Source: Macrostomum lignano (taxonomy: Eukaryota). Taken from it: a stretch of 64,000 nt of DNA. Positions 10,842 to 25,406 of this stretch are shown piece by piece; the stretch's first letter is position 1, and the number at the start of each line of letters is the position of its first letter. The notes beneath the pieces are model-generated. The model was not told where the DNA came from. It saw nothing but the letters and a program-made list of their open reading frames with translations, and searched no databases. The DNA lies in contig NIVC01000034.1 of the NCBI GenBank assembly GCA_002269645.1, positions 1 through 64,000 of the forward strand. Direction: 5' to 3'. The translations under genes were made by a program, and so were the position numbers.

Positions 10842-12285
10842 AACGAGGCCAACTCCTCCGTTGGCGGAGTAAGGGGATAGAACTCCCATCGCCAGAATTT
10901 CATTCCCTGAAATCCATCAGCTGAATCCAATGACACGAATCTCATCGTCCAAATCCTCTCCAAATCCTCTATTAACCTCCCAAAAACCATGTTGTTTTAC
11001 CTGTTTGCAAAAATTGACTGCCTGCCATCGTCCAGACTGAGAATCTCTCCTGTCTCCTCTCTCCTCTTTGCTCCTTTATCTAATCTCTTCTCTCTGCTCT
11101 CATTTCTCATACTCCTATTTTCTCTCTTACCCTCTCCTTTTTCATCTCTCATTCTTCCCCTCTCCTCTCTACCGTCTCCTGTCTTATCTCTCCTCTCTCT
11201 TCTCTCTCCTCTGTACTCTCTTATCCCTCCTCTCTCCTCCTATCTTTTTTTCTCCCTCCTTTGCTCTCTCATTTTTCCTCTCTCCCCTCCTTTCTTCCCT
11301 CTACATTCTCTTCGCTCTCCCTCTTCATCATTCCCGCCTCACTCCCCTCTTCTCTCCCCTCTGTCGTCTTTAATCTCTCATCTCTCATATCTACTGTCTT
11401 TTCTATCATCTTTCTATCCTCTCTTCTCTCTACTCTCTTATCTGACGGACTGAAAGCGCCGATAATCAAGCCAATTTAAATTTGTCACCCGCCTCCTCCA
11501 TTACTGAAATTACTCAAATGAAAGCTGGCTTGAATTTGTGTACGCAACCCCCCGCCGCCCAACTACAATCTTGGCAGAAAGTTTAAAAGTATGGAAATCG
11601 TTTTTTCAATGCTGTGCTTTTTGTTTTCATATTTAAAGCAAATAACTTACATCCCCGAATTCAGCGTTGCAAGATCCTTCCAGCAATATAAGTCTCTTCT
11701 CTCAAAGTTTAAAATTCGAGGAACATTTAACGTTTGAACTTCCCGATGTAAAGCATTAAGTATCGCGTGTACATACACCTGCCTTCTGTTTATTCATTGA
11801 ATTTCACTGTCCAGCTAATACACAGGGCTGCCTTTTAAAAGGCGCCGGTAATAAAACCAATTGAATCTCTCTGTTTACAATGTACTTTGCTATGTACACT
11901 CAGCCCAAACCCTCCCCCCCCTATTCCTGGGGAATCATTAAATTTTACTGCACCCCCACCCCAACACGCGGTTTTATTAGCATTGAACCCAGAACACGCA
12001 TCACCCACCCCTCCAAAACACAGCGACCCGCGGAAGGAGGTTGGGGTGGTTGTTTTTACAACTATGCCACTGGAGAGGCAAAGTGGCCAAAGAAGGTTAA
12101 GAAAACAGTTTTCTGCTTTTTTAACAGACTTAACTTTTAAATTTTCAACATTAAAATAGCCTATTTGTTGCGTAGGAAAATTATACATTGATATATATAA
12201 GTCTCGCATTTGAGTTGGCAGCCGTCTAGGAGGAGATACGCGTTAAACCCGGCCGGTCGATCGATCCACTCAGCTTTAGATATAA
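10842..12285 (-). mobile_element. Non-autonomous Helitron/Helentron-like element, copy B, head-to-tail with copy A
   Basis: Same termini and the same internal blocks (tctgacggactgaaagcgccgataatcaa; ggaggagatacgcgttaaacccggccggtcgatc). Confidence 0.5.
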
Positions 12286-12348
12286 GAAAGAGAAGATTTG
12301 CTGAACACGGAACACTAAATACAGAACCCTTCAATCTCCGTTAAACTT

Positions 12349-12960
<612 letters not shown>

Positions 12961-15077
12961 TCACCAACCCCAATCCAGTTCTTCCTCAAACCGACGAATC
13001 TCCTCCAATCACCATAAAATCTACATCGTGATTTATTTCCCACCAACCCCAATCCAGTTCTTCCTTAAACCGACCAATCGACCCCTCCCCAAATTTTTCT
13101 CTCCAAAAACTGTGTACACAGCGCAGTTGCTGTGAGACCTGGAACCCTGCCAGACTAGAATAATAACACGCCGACGTAATTCTGGCGCAATAACAAACTT
13201 TATGCTTAGACCCCAGACCGTTATCTATTAAAATTTCTCGCAATATTTTAGTTTATATTTATTGTGCTTCGTGCTGTACCATAAACCGCCTTTACAGTTG
13301 TAAAACTGAGATCAACGGAAAAGAAAACGGTGAGAGCGTCTGTTTTAAGAAAACCGGTTTGGGCGTCAATTTTTTTAAAGAACAAAAATAAGCATAAAAC
13401 TTACATACTATCAAAAATTCGTTTTTTTATTTTTTAACGATATTTGTTGCTGAAGCAGGTTATTTTTCTTAACTTCTATCCAACTAACTAATAATTATGT
13501 CGCCAATTTGTGAATAACGCTCGTACAAGTTCAAACGATTCATTTGAAGTTTTAAAGTTTGACAGAGTTAATGACAAAGTTTTAGTCTTAGTTACTCTTA
13601 AATTTAGTTTATTGAAAGCTTTATATATAAACCTGTCATTTGCATTGCATCTCTCTGCCCTCTTGAGTCCGCCTCTGCCCCCTTGAATTGGACACCCAGT
13701 ACAGTAAATCTCAATAAATTTTCGAAGCCTGACGAAAAATGTTCCTGGTCGATAAAATCCACAAACCAGACAAAATTAGGTGGGCAAGCGCAGAGTGGCC
13801 AAATGAGTGGAAAGGTGAGCAGGATAAATTATAGAAATCAATTCGCCTGATTAGTGAAAATTCATCATAATTTGCTATGCTGCCTACTTAATCTCATTTT
13901 CAGTAGTGTGTGCGACGACTTTGAATTTCGACTTTTTATGCAATTTCTTGTACCCGAAATTCACTGTAATCTATTGTTACTAAGTTTACTATTTTTTATT
14001 GCTTCACTTCAGCTACGACAACCTTCAGTAATAATTTTTTTGCGCATTGAAAGATTTCGCATCCTCAAGGTTTTAAATTCTCATTTTCAACTTTTATATG
14101 CTATAAAACTTTGCTATTCTTAGGAATTTCGAAGCCTATCATTTGTTTTAAATTTCTATAATTAAAAATAAGGAATTCAATCAGTTTGCAGACTGTGTAG
14201 TCAGCTTTATTATTAGTGGCCTCGCTTTCTAAGAATACACCAAATTTTTCCCTTGTGCAGACTCGTCAATCTTAATAACTCCTGCATCAACTGGAACCCA
14301 CTCGCTTATATCAGCGTATTGAAACCCTCAGCCGCAAGTGCAGTGCTTCTTTCTTTTAGTCGTGACAGGTCCGTATATAAACACGTCATCATCCTATCCA
14401 GACAGGCAGACCTTTGCCCGATAATCCTCGTGCCAATCCATTCTACTGTTCCAAACAGTGAACTGCCTGTAGAGCACTTGAGCCACTCAGCTACAAGTTG
14501 ATTACTTCGTCACTAATCCTTGAGAGTTTTCGGTCCTTTCTTTGCTGGACTCCCGCTGGACTACCTGTCTATCTATGCAAGATTTTGTTTCTGTTCTGAC
14601 TTGGCTACAAGACCATTCTACTATACTATCTGCTGTAGTTTTGTTCGTGAGCCGCCAATCTACACTTTGATGAAGTGGTGCCTAGTAAACACACACTAAA
14701 CAGAGGCTGTGGGAAATATTTGAAACTGATTCTACTGCCGAAACCGTAATGACAAATAAGCTGTGTTTGCTAGTCCGATGCCCGTTCGGCTACCGTGCAT
14801 TGAAAATGAATCTATGGACCCTATAGCTACTTGAATCTGGCGTCCACGTGTCCATTATCGATTCGCTTCGCTTTCTACAAATTGTATTATTGTACCCATC
14901 GATCTCTCGACTCTCATTACTTATGATTCATTTTAATTTCAGCTCAATGATGCCAAAGATAAAGCCATATATATTTCTAGTCTTGATAGGTGCTAGATTC
15001 AGCGTCTCTGTATCAAGTCTGGCGCTTCTTAACTATCTTTTACGGTGGAAGCAGGGCAGCTCAGCGATAAATGAAAC

Positions 15078-18000
15078 TGCGGCGCCAAAATGAGTGCCTG
15101 CGGCGCTTAAATGAGTGCCTGCGGCGCCAAAATGAGTGCCTGCGGCGCTTAAATGGTGTCTGCGGCGCCAAAATGAGTGCCTGCGGCGCTAAAATGAGTG
15201 CCTGCGGCGCCAAAATGAGTGCCTGCGGCGCTAAAATGAGTGCCTGCGGCGCCAAAATGAGTGCCTGCGGCGCTAAAATGAGTGCCTGCGGCGCCAAAAT
15301 GAGTGCCTGCGGCGCTAAAATGAGTGCCTGCGGCGCTAAAATGAGTGCCTGCGGCGCCAAAATGAGTGCCTGCGGCGCTAAAATGAGTGCCTGCGGCGCC
15401 AAAATGAGTGCCTGCGGCGCTTAAATGGTGTCTGCGGCGCCAAAATGAGTGCCTGCGGCGCTAAAATGAGTGCCTGCGGCGCTAAAATGAGTGCCTGCGG
15501 CGCTAAAATGAGTGCCTGCGGCGCTGAAATGAGTGCCTGCGGCGCTAAAATGGTGTCTGCGGCGCCAAAATGAGTGCCTGCGGCGCTAAATGAGTGCCTG
15601 CGGCGCCAAAATGAGTGCCTGCGGGGCTTAAATGGTGTCTGCGGCGCCAAAATGAGTGCCTGCGGCGCTAAAATGAGTGCCTGCGGCGCTAAAATGAGTG
15701 CCTGCGGCGCTAAAATGAGTGCCTGCGGCGCTGAAATGAGTGCCTGCGGAGCTAAAATGGTGTCTGCGGCGCCAAAATGAGTGCCTGCGGCGCTAAAATG
15801 AGTGCCTGTGGCGCTAAAATGGTGTCTGCGGCGCCAAAATGAGTGTCTGCGGCGCTAAAATGAGTGCCTGCGGCGCTAAAATGAGTGCCTGTGGCGCCAA
15901 AATGAGTGTCTGCGGCGCTAAAATGAGTGCCTGCGGCGCTAAAATGAGTGCCTGGGGCGCTAAAATGAGTGCCTGCGGCGCTAAAATGAGTGCCTGCGGC
16001 GCTGAAATGAGTGCCTGCGGCGCCAAAATGAGTGCCTGCGGCGCCAAAATGAGTGCCTGCGGCGCTAAAATGAGTGCCTGCGGCGCTAAAATGAGTGCCT
16101 GCGGCGCTAAAATGAGTGCCTGCGGCGCCAAAATGAGTGCCTGCGGCGCTAAAATGAGTGCCTGCGGCGCTTAAATGGTGTCTGCGGCGCCAAAATGAGT
16201 GCCTGCGGCGCTAAAATGAGTGCCTGCGGCGCCAAAATGAGTGCCTGCGGCGCTAAAATGAGTGCCTGCGGCGCCAAAATGAGTGCCTGCGGCGCTAAAA
16301 TGAGTGCCTGCGGCGCCAAAATGAGTGCCTGCGGCGCTAAAATGAGTGCCTGCGGCGCTAAAATGAGTGCCTGCGGCGCCAAAATGAGTGCCTGCGGCGC
16401 TAAAATGAGTGCCTGCGGCGCCAAAATGAGTGCCTGCGGCGCTTAAATGGTGTCTGCGGCGCCAAAATGAGTGCCTGCGGCGCTAAAATGAGTGCCTGCG
16501 GCGCTAAAATGAGTGCCTGCGGCGCTAAAATGAGTGCCTGCGGCGCTGAAATGAGTGCCTGCGGCGCTAAAATGGTGTCTGCGGCGCCAAAATGAGTGCC
16601 TGCGGCGCTTAAATGAGTGCCTGCGGCGCCAAAATGAGTGCCTGCGGCGCTTAAATGGTGTCTGCGGCGCCAAAATGAGTGCCTGCGGCGCTAAAATGAG
16701 TGCCTGCGGCGCTAAAATGAGTGCCTGCGGCGCTAAAATGAGTGCCTGCGGCGCTGAAATGAGTGCCTGCGGAGCTAAAATGGTGTCTGCGGCGCCAAAA
16801 TGAGTGCCTGCGGCGCTAAAATGAGTGCCTGTGGCGCTAAAATGGTGTCTGCGGCGCCAAAATGAGTGTCTGCGGCGCTAAAATGAGTGCCTGCGGCGCT
16901 AAAATGAGTGCCTGTGGCGCCAAAATGAGTGTCTGCGGCGCTAAAATGAGTGCCTGCGGCGCTAAAATGAGTGCCTGGGGCGCTAAAATGAGTGCCTGCG
17001 GCGCTAAAATGAGTGCCTGCGGCGCTGAAATGAGTGCCTGCGGCGCTAAAATGAGTGCCTGCGGCGCTAAAATGAGTGCCTGCGGCGCTGAAATGAGTGC
17101 CTGCGGCACTAAAATGAGTGCCTGCGGCGCTGAAATGAGTGCCTGCGGCGCTAAAATGAGTGACTGCGGCGCTAAATAGTGTCTGGGGCACTAAAATGAG
17201 TGCCTGCGGCGCCAAAATGAGTGCCTGCGGCGCTGAAATGAGTGCCTGCGGTGCTAAAATGAGTGCCTGCGGCGCTAAAATGAGTGCCTGCGGCGCTAAA
17301 ATGAGTGCCTGCGGCGCTGAAATGAGTGCCTGGGGCGCTAAAATGAGTGCCTGCGGCGCTAAAATGAGTGCCTGCGGCGCTGAAATGAGTGCCTGCGGAG
17401 CTAAAATGAGTGCCTGCGGCGCTAAAATGAGTGCCTGCGGCGCTAAAATGAGTGCCTGCGGCGCTGAAATGAGTGCCTGCGGCGCTGAAATTAGTGCCTG
17501 CGGAGCTAAAATGAGTGCCTGCGGCGCTAAAATGAGTGCCTGCGGCGCTAAAATGAGTGCCTGCGGCGCTGAAATGAGTGCCTGCGGCACTAAAATGAGT
17601 GCCTGCGGCGCTGAAATGAGTGCCTGCGGCGCTAAAATGAGTGCCTGCGGCGCTAAAATGAGTGCCTGCGGCGCTAAATAGTGTCTGGGGCACTAAAATG
17701 AGTGCCTGCGGCGCTAAAATGAGTGCCTGCGGCGCTGAAATGAGTGCCTGCGGTGCTAAAATGAGTGCCTGCGGCGCTAAAATGAGTGCCTGCGGCGCCA
17801 AAATGAGTGCCTGCGGCGCTAAAATGAGTGCCTGCGGCGCTGAACTGAGTGCCTGCGGCGCTAAAATGAGTGCCTGCGGTGCTAAAATGAGTGCCTGCGG
17901 CGCTAAAATGAGTGCCTGTGGCGCTGAAATTAGTGCCTGCGGCGCTAAAATGAGTGCCTGCGGCGCTAAAATGAGTGCCTGCGGCGCTAAAATGAGTGCC

Positions 18001-18185
18001 TGCGGCGCTGAAATGAGTGCCTGCGGCACTAAAATGAGTGCCTGCGGCGCTGAAATGAGTGCCTGCGGCGCTAAAATGAGTGCCTGCGGCGCTGAAATGA
18101 GTGCCTGCGGCGCTAAAATGAGTGCCTGCGGCGCTAAAATGAGTGCCTGCGGCGCTAAAATGAGTGCCTGCGGCGCTAAAATGAG
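15078..18185. repeat. 21-bp minisatellite (GGCGCTAAAATGAGTGCCTGC)n
   Basis: Direct reading. Explains the spurious MSACGAK/APQALIL ORFs. Confidence 0.97.
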
Positions 18186-20699
18186 GGCCTGTAGCCTCAA
18201 ATGATCGCTGACAGCACCGATTTTGAAAATAATGTACATGTAGGAATTTATTCATGTAACATGTACATATTTAGAATTCTCAGATTTGTCCCCCCCCCCT
18301 ACCATAAAATCCATGGCGACGCCCCTCGCTACGAGTAAATTTACGCCACACTACCAATTTCTGGTGGTTAGGCTTCTTCCCTAGCTTCATATTCTGAATT
18401 TGAACTACTGATTATTTTAAAAATATGATTCCATCAATTTCAATCAGTCAAATCAAAATCCCTACAGTGTTTTATTTTGGCAACTATTTTGTGATTCAAT
18501 CTTTTGCTATTTTTGTTTACATTTGGTTGATGTAATGTAACTGGCAACCACATCCGTTTTCACGCCTAGATACTAAATATAGTTGTCTAGTTAAGATCTC
18601 TAATGTGCATAGGGCCAATCTGTCACGAGCTAGTAGTGAAAGAAATATATCTTAGAAGGTTTCCTTTAAAAAAGTTACAAAAAGAATATTTCCTTGTCAA
18701 ACAAAACTACACAGCGGTGGTTTACAAGCTGGGAAATCTACTGGCAAAATCTTGTCGAAAAAATTAACTGAAGTTTCGTCAGTTTTAACTGACACCGCGG
18801 GGACCACCCTGACAAGGCGCGTCGGTCAAAGAACTGCTATGGTCATTTTTCTCATGGGCAGTTTGCTCCCACAGAAGAAGCGAAAGCCACGGAATGCTAT
18901 AGGCCTACTAATCTGGATTGAGAAATTTTAGACTTTCAGTCAATGAACATATTTTGTGCAAAGAATCTCAACTGTCGAATAGAATTCTAGTGAATTCAGA
19001 CCTGTTAACTATTTACCTCTTTAAAATCCAATTTAACTAATGCCAATTAGTTAAATAAAGTGGTCTGCCTTGCCGTTTAGTTCCTCTGCCACTGCTGACA
19101 GAATAGAGATCAGGTCTTCTAAGAAAAAGGGTTTACTGAAGAGAAAGAAGCAAAAATATATAATATCTGTAACTGGAAACAAACTCTTTAATATCATGCT
19201 AACGATGTTACGTAATACTGTCTAGCTGTTCACTAACGTTAATGGACTGAAGTTAAGACATTTTAGCTAACGGGTTAATGATATTGTGTTTGAAAATGCG
19301 TCATTGTTATTTGTTAACGATGTACGTGTATTATATAGCGCCAATTTTTTCCCGCAAAGAAGCGCCATTCCCACTGGCGCCAAGGCTAGATGGCAGACGC
19401 TATACTTATTTGGTGAAATCAGATAAATAGAAATAAATATAATTTAGTTAAATACAGTTTCAAGCAGCTTCAAAACAGTAAAATTAATAGCTATTTTGAA
19501 AGTTAAAGTTAACGGATTAACGTATGTTAATGTTTTACCGTTTATTTTTTCCCTTTAACTCCAACGATTAGGTCATTAACAGGGGTTAAGCTTTTAATTA
19601 ACGTTACCTGACACACTGTGTGTTAATCATTCCGTAAAAAATTCAGAAGTCTAATACCGGAATACTTTTCTTACAAAAAACCGGCATCACTAAACCAAGT
19701 TGTAGTTAAATTAGTTCTCCTTACTCTAGAGTTCCATCCATAGTTTCAGGCTTCTATGTTTTTTCTTCAAATCTCTCCATGGCGTCTCCTCTTTTTTCAC
19801 GGATGAGGTGCATGGGATGGACGGCGGGGCACAGCGGGTGGCGCTGGTTACCCGGACCAACATATCGAGATCAGCTACCGAAATCTTCGAGATTTCCTAG
19901 ATCTGCCGCCAGAGGGTAAGGCCGGTATATGTAGGAAGGTGTGAACGAAGGTGTCTTTGGTGCCGCGCGCGGTCGCAACTCGCAAGGGAATCGCCGGCCC
20001 CACCCGCCCCGCCTTTGCAGCCGACTGCTGGGCGATAATTTAGCAAAAAATACGAACAGAAAAAGAGTTCGGGGGCCGACCTGACAACCGGAGAATTTCT
20101 TTCTTTTCTTTGCTTTTTTCTCAGTAGATTGGTTCCGGCTTTGGACACGTCTCTGTTCGCTGTAAGGGTCCGTCCGGCCTTTAGAATTCGGCCAAGCGCA
20201 CTGCTTTTTAGTTTCGGGGATATTTATTTACGGAAACTCCCCGGGGCATCGCAATCGCATAGTGAAAATAGAGCTGCTGTTGTTGCCGCGAAGCCGCCGC
20301 GCCGCTGTTGCTGCTTCTAGTGGGAGGGGGGAGGGCGGGGCGAACCGCTTGGTCACTGAACGAACGGCCGGATTACTGAGGACCCTTGAGGCTTGGCTTT
20401 GGGGTCTTTTCAACTGATGTAAAGATAGAGGAACGAACGATATAGCATATGCATGCCTAGTATCAGGCTTTAGAAACTCCTGCGCTTGTATCGGTTTAGC
20501 TGCAGAGTCAGAGATATCCTGGATGTACATTACTTGGAAGCATAATAACTTTTAGCTGGTATTCAATTATTTTATTACTAGATTATTATTGGATTCGTGA
20601 AAAACAATTTTATCACTTCTTACAATCCTACTCTTAGAATTCTCAAACAATAATATCACGCTTCTCTCCCTTAATCCATTGGAGGTTCGCCTCTTTTTG

Positions 20700-20945
20700 A
20701 CCCGAAAATCTGGCCCTCTCTGACCCAAAAAATCCAACCTCTCTGACCCCAAAGATCCGTCTCTCTCTGAACCTAAAGATCCACCCTCTCTGACCCCAAA
20801 GATCCAGACTCTCTGAACCCAAAGATCCGCCTCTGAACCTCAAGATCCACCCTCTCTGACCCCAAAGATCCACCCTCTCTGACCCCAAAGATCCACCCTC
20901 TCTGGCCACAAAAATCCACCCTTTCTGCAACCCCAAAGATCCGCC
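20700..20945. repeat. ~22-bp degenerate tandem repeat (ctctctgaccccaaagatccac)
   Basis: Direct reading. Confidence 0.85.
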
Positions 20946-21849
20946 CCTTCTCCTCCCTATAATTCTAAGGCCTAAAAATCAGTTTCTCTGGTCCATGAGT
21001 TTTAGTGACTGCATTAAAATAAGCCAAATGTGTCCATTCAGCTTGCAGTTCTTAGCATTTCTTTCCAAAAACAGGCAAAATAGAGGATGGTGAAAACACT
21101 GCGAGAACAAACATTCTTGCCTATATTGGAAAAACTTCTAAACACGATTTTCTGCTTTTCCAGTTCCAGCAGCCAGCAGGTGGTACCAGGTGAATATCGT
21201 CCAAGTCAGATCTCGACAAGGGAATATCCGTGAGCCCGCGAAAGGCTACGACTGCCTCGTGTTAAAACATCTGCACGGAATTTTGTTTCCTAAACAGAAA
21301 AACGTTTTTTCTATTTAGAGACACTGACATTTCTTCAGAAAGTCGCGAAACACCTGCGTTTCCCTTGCCTAGTTACGCAAAATTTTCCAAAAATCAGCAA
21401 GGTGTTAATAGCGCATCGATCTGTGCCAACTTTGAAAAAATATTAACTGCATCTGCATCTATAGATGATTGAAGTTTGTTTAAGTTTCTTTCCTAGAATC
21501 GAAAAAAACGAAGGAGCTATTCGAAGATCGACTGCAAGAGAAAAAATAAGGTTGATTGAAAGCAAGCTATAGTTGGGCAATCATCCTTTTTTAAATGATT
21601 CGAGCGTTAGCAGGTGTGTTCTATATTCCTCAATCATTTTGCTAAAAAAATTGAAAAAATTGGAGAGTAACGCTCCTTTTTTACTATACACTATGTAGGT
21701 TTTTAAATTCCGAAAAAGTATAGAGTTGCTTGATCTAAAAGACATCCGAATCCATGCACTAAACATGTCTTAACAAAGCGCCCCACGAGCACTGCTCCAT
21801 CTCCTCCGAACAGAACGCCCCACCCAATAAATACAGTTCTAAAAACCAC

Positions 21850-22800
21850 GGTGCCCACCAACGCAGTGCCCCCCACACTGTGCCCCCCAGCACAGTGCCC
21901 CCCCCAACACAGTGCCCCCACACTGTGCCCCCCAACACAGTGCCCCCAGCACTGTGCCCCCAGCACTGTGCCCCCAGCACTGTGCCCACCAGCACTGTGC
22001 CCCCCACATTGTGCCCCCAGCACTGTGCCCCCACACAGTGCCACCCAGCACAGTGCCCCCCACACTGTGCCCCCAGCACTGTGCCCCCCAGCACTGTGCC
22101 CCCAGCACTGTGCCCACCAGCACTGTGCCCCCCACATTGTGCCCCCAGCACTGTGCCCCCACACAGTGCCACCCAGCACAGTGCCCCCCCACACTGTGCC
22201 CCCACACTGTGCCCCCCACACTGTGCCCCCAGCTTTGTGCCCCCAGCACTGTGCCTCCCAGCACCTGTGCCTTCAGCACTGTGCCCTCAGCACTGTGCCC
22301 CCCAGCACTGTGCCCCCAACACTAACCCCCAGCACTGTGCCCCAACACTGTGCCCCCCACACTGTGCCCCCCCAACACAGTGCCCCCCACACTGTGCCCC
22401 CCAGCACTGTGCCCCCAGCACTGTGCCCCCCAACACTAACCCCCAGCACAGTGCTCCTAACACAGTGCCCCCACACAGTGCCCCCAGCACTGTGCCCCCC
22501 AGCACGGTGCCCCCAACACAGTGCCCCCACCACACTGTGCCCCCCAGCACTGTGCCCCCAGCTCTGTGCCCCCCAACACAGTGCCCCCCCACACTGTGCC
22601 CCCCAGCACTGTGCCCCCAGCACTGTGCTCCCAGCACTGTGCCCCCCAACACTAACCCCTAGCACTGTGCCCCAACACTGGTCCCCCCCAGCACTGTGCC
22701 CCCCAACACTAACCCCAGCACCCAACACTAACACCCAGCACTGTGCCCCAACACAGTGCCCCCCAGCACTGTGCCCCCCAACACTCTGCCCCCCCCCTGC
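21850..22800. repeat. ~15-bp C-rich minisatellite (cactgtgccccccag)n
   Basis: Direct reading. Source of the spurious CAP/TVPP ORFs. Confidence 0.93.
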
Positions 22801-24199
22801 CAGACAGCACCCCAAGCAGAGAGCCCCGTCCCCCTTTTTGAAGGTCGTTTACCGCGGCAAAAACGGGCACTTTACTGTTTTCAAACTTGACTGGCCTCAT
22901 TCAGTTCTGTAAAACTCACGAGTTTCAAAGAAACGTCAACTTATCAAATCCAATACATACACTTCAAAATTAAATTTTGATAAAATCAATGTACTGGGAT
23001 GAAATTTACTCTGGAGTTGGTGTAACAGTGTCAAACAAAACCTATCCCCCATAAATTTGATGGGCTCCCATGCATGATGGGTTTCAGTATTTGTATTTCA
23101 AGGCAGAGCTATATAACCCGATATGGGCCCACCTCTTGATGTGCACAGCTGCGAGATGATAGCGCAACAGGTAGCGAGGAAACCAGATTCCAAGCACGAC
23201 GTGTCGGGAGTCTACGTGGCTCGCTCGATGCATTTCAAAGAAACAAAAAACAGTTCAACAATGGGTGGATGGGAGGATGATTCAGCGTGCAGTAAGTAAG
23301 TGAGTCAGGGAATCAGAAAATATCCAATTACTGTTGCAAATGACCGTTCGTATTGGAACACCCAACAAGGATAGCATGACTGGATCATGCCATGTAATAA
23401 CAATTTTACAATAATTCATTAGATTTCAACAATTCATTTGAACTGGATAATTTCTAACATTTCTTTATCTTTTTTAGCCCTTAATTGGAAATTTAGTGGT
23501 CCTTGACTTAAACAGTAGTTTAATATTGGGCGATATAAGCAGCATAACAGTGCAAACATGCTCTCGTATCGTCCAATTAATTCTATAACCAAAATTAATT
23601 CACCAGATTCCTGATTTATTTTTCCTATTTTTCAATTGGCTTATACATGCGGTATGGGGACTTCACTCGCTCCCTGAAAAGTGGCTATGATCGTAAATTA
23701 TGATTTTACCTGGGCGCCAAATCCCCTGTCATTGTACGAGTATGGGGCTTATATTGAAAATTAGTTAACACATGCAGGTGGATTCGGAAAACTCCGGCCC
23801 ACGAAGCCTCTCTATCCGGCCCTCGGGGTAACTTTGAAACTTCGCAATAGCAATCCGGGCCTATCCAGGCATGTGCTGTCTCTTCTCTGCTCTCCTCTCT
23901 CCCTTAGCTCGTATCTCTCCTCTCATTTGAACTCTAATCAGCGCATTGCATTGTCTGCTATACAGTTTGTCTCTGCAGGTTTGCTTTGAAAAGAAATTTC
24001 TTAATAAATTAATCTGAAAACGAGAATCTAACACCCTGCTATACTCGTAGACTCGAACAAAACCATTTTCGAGTGTTATTGGTTTTAGTCTATACGCAGG
24101 CACACACTCACAAAGGAGTGTACAGCGGCCCTAACTTTATTTATCGTTAGGCATGTACACTTCACTGCGCCTTGGGCTCATGGATTAGCCACAAATTAA

Positions 24200-25082
24200 G
24201 GGGGCGCTTCATAAGACCTAAATTTCACAACGCCTAAAGCACATGACTTCACATCACCTAAATTTCATAACGCCTAAACTCGAAAGTGCAGCCTCCTTCA
24301 CAACGCCTAAATTTCACATCGCCTAAATTTCACAACGCCTAAATTTCACATCGCCTAAATTTCACAACGCCTAAAATCAAAAGTGCTGCCTCCTTCACAT
24401 CGCCTAAATTTCATATTGCCTAAATTTCACAACGCCTAAAATATTTGCACGCTCTTTCACATCGCCTAAATTTCACAACGCCTAAAATATTTGCACGCTC
24501 TTTCACATCGCCTAAATTTCACAACGCCTAAAACCACCACACTTCACATCGCCTAAATTTCATATCGCCTAAATTTCATATCGCCTAAATTTCATATCGC
24601 CTAAATTTCATATCGCCTAAATTTCATATCGCCTAAATTTCACAACGCCTAAAATCTTTGCTTCTCTCCTTCACATTCAGTTTTAGGCGTTATGAAATTT
24701 AGGCGATATGAAATTTAGGCGATATGAAATTTAGGCGTTGTGAAGGAGGCTGCACTTTCGAGTTTAGGCGTTATGAAATTTAGGCGATGTGAAGGAGCGT
24801 GCAGAAATTTTAGGCGTTGTGAAATTTAGGCGATGTGAAATTTAGGCGATGTGAAATTTAGGCGATGTGAAATTTAGGCGATGTGAAATTTAGGCGATGT
24901 GAAATTTAGGCGATGTGAAATTTAGGCGTTGTGAAGGAGGCTGCACTTTCGAGTTTAGGCGTTATGAAATTTAGGTGATGTGAAATTTAGGCGTTGTGAA
25001 ATTTAGGCGATATGAAATTTAGGCGTTGTGAAGTGTGGCGGTTTTAGGCGTTGTGAAATTTAGGTCTTATGAAAGCGTCCCC
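24200..25082. mobile_element. Foldback-type non-autonomous DNA transposon with arms made of ~18-bp tandem subrepeats
   Basis: Inverted termini GGGG(G/A)CGCT(T)TCATAAGACCTAAATTTCACAACGCCTAAA. The tttcacatcgcctaaa repeats invert at about 24670. Flanked by AAATTAA on both sides (24193-24199, 25083-25089). Confidence 0.8.
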
Positions 25083-25167
25083 AAATTAATGCGACTGCAC
25101 TTGGAATCGAGCCTGAGCCGCTGGAAAACCATATTAAGGACTCCTTGGCTTCAGGAGCCAGACTGGG

Positions 25168-25215
25168 CCAATAAGTGCGCTCCCCAGTCTGCGGGCCCCC
25201 TGGCAGCCAATAAGA
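25168..25215 (+). promoter_or_regulatory. Two CCAAT boxes (GCCAATAAG) upstream of Six1/2
   Basis: CCAAT at 25168-25172 and 25207-25211, about 200-240 nt upstream of the ATG. Confidence 0.4.
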
Positions 25216-25406
25216 ATGCTCCAGCCGCCCATCTTCATCGGGCCGAATTCGCGAGTGGCGTTTGGGGTCGAAGAGGGGAGACATAATAACACGCAAAATA
25301 TCCCCCATCGATTTGCTTCAGAAACGTCACGATCAGGATGGCTATAAACGACTGAAATTTTTTAGTCTTCATACCCTGCATCGTTATAGACCTCAGCCTC
25401 TCATCC

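Noticed and set aside
8516-11479. Leu/Ser-rich ORFs in CT-rich tracts
   Set aside because: Low-complexity polypyrimidine sequence inside repeat elements.
15061-18255. Long ORFs (MSACGAK, APQALIL, SAAGTHF repeats)
   Set aside because: They are stop-free frames of a 21-bp satellite, open on both strands, with no unique coding context.
19690-19900. Minus-strand frame with WRDLKKK resembling a Myb/SANT transposon protein
   Set aside because: Too short, with no other supporting motif.
21703-22912. Cys/Pro-rich ORFs in all frames
   Set aside because: 15-bp minisatellite artefact.
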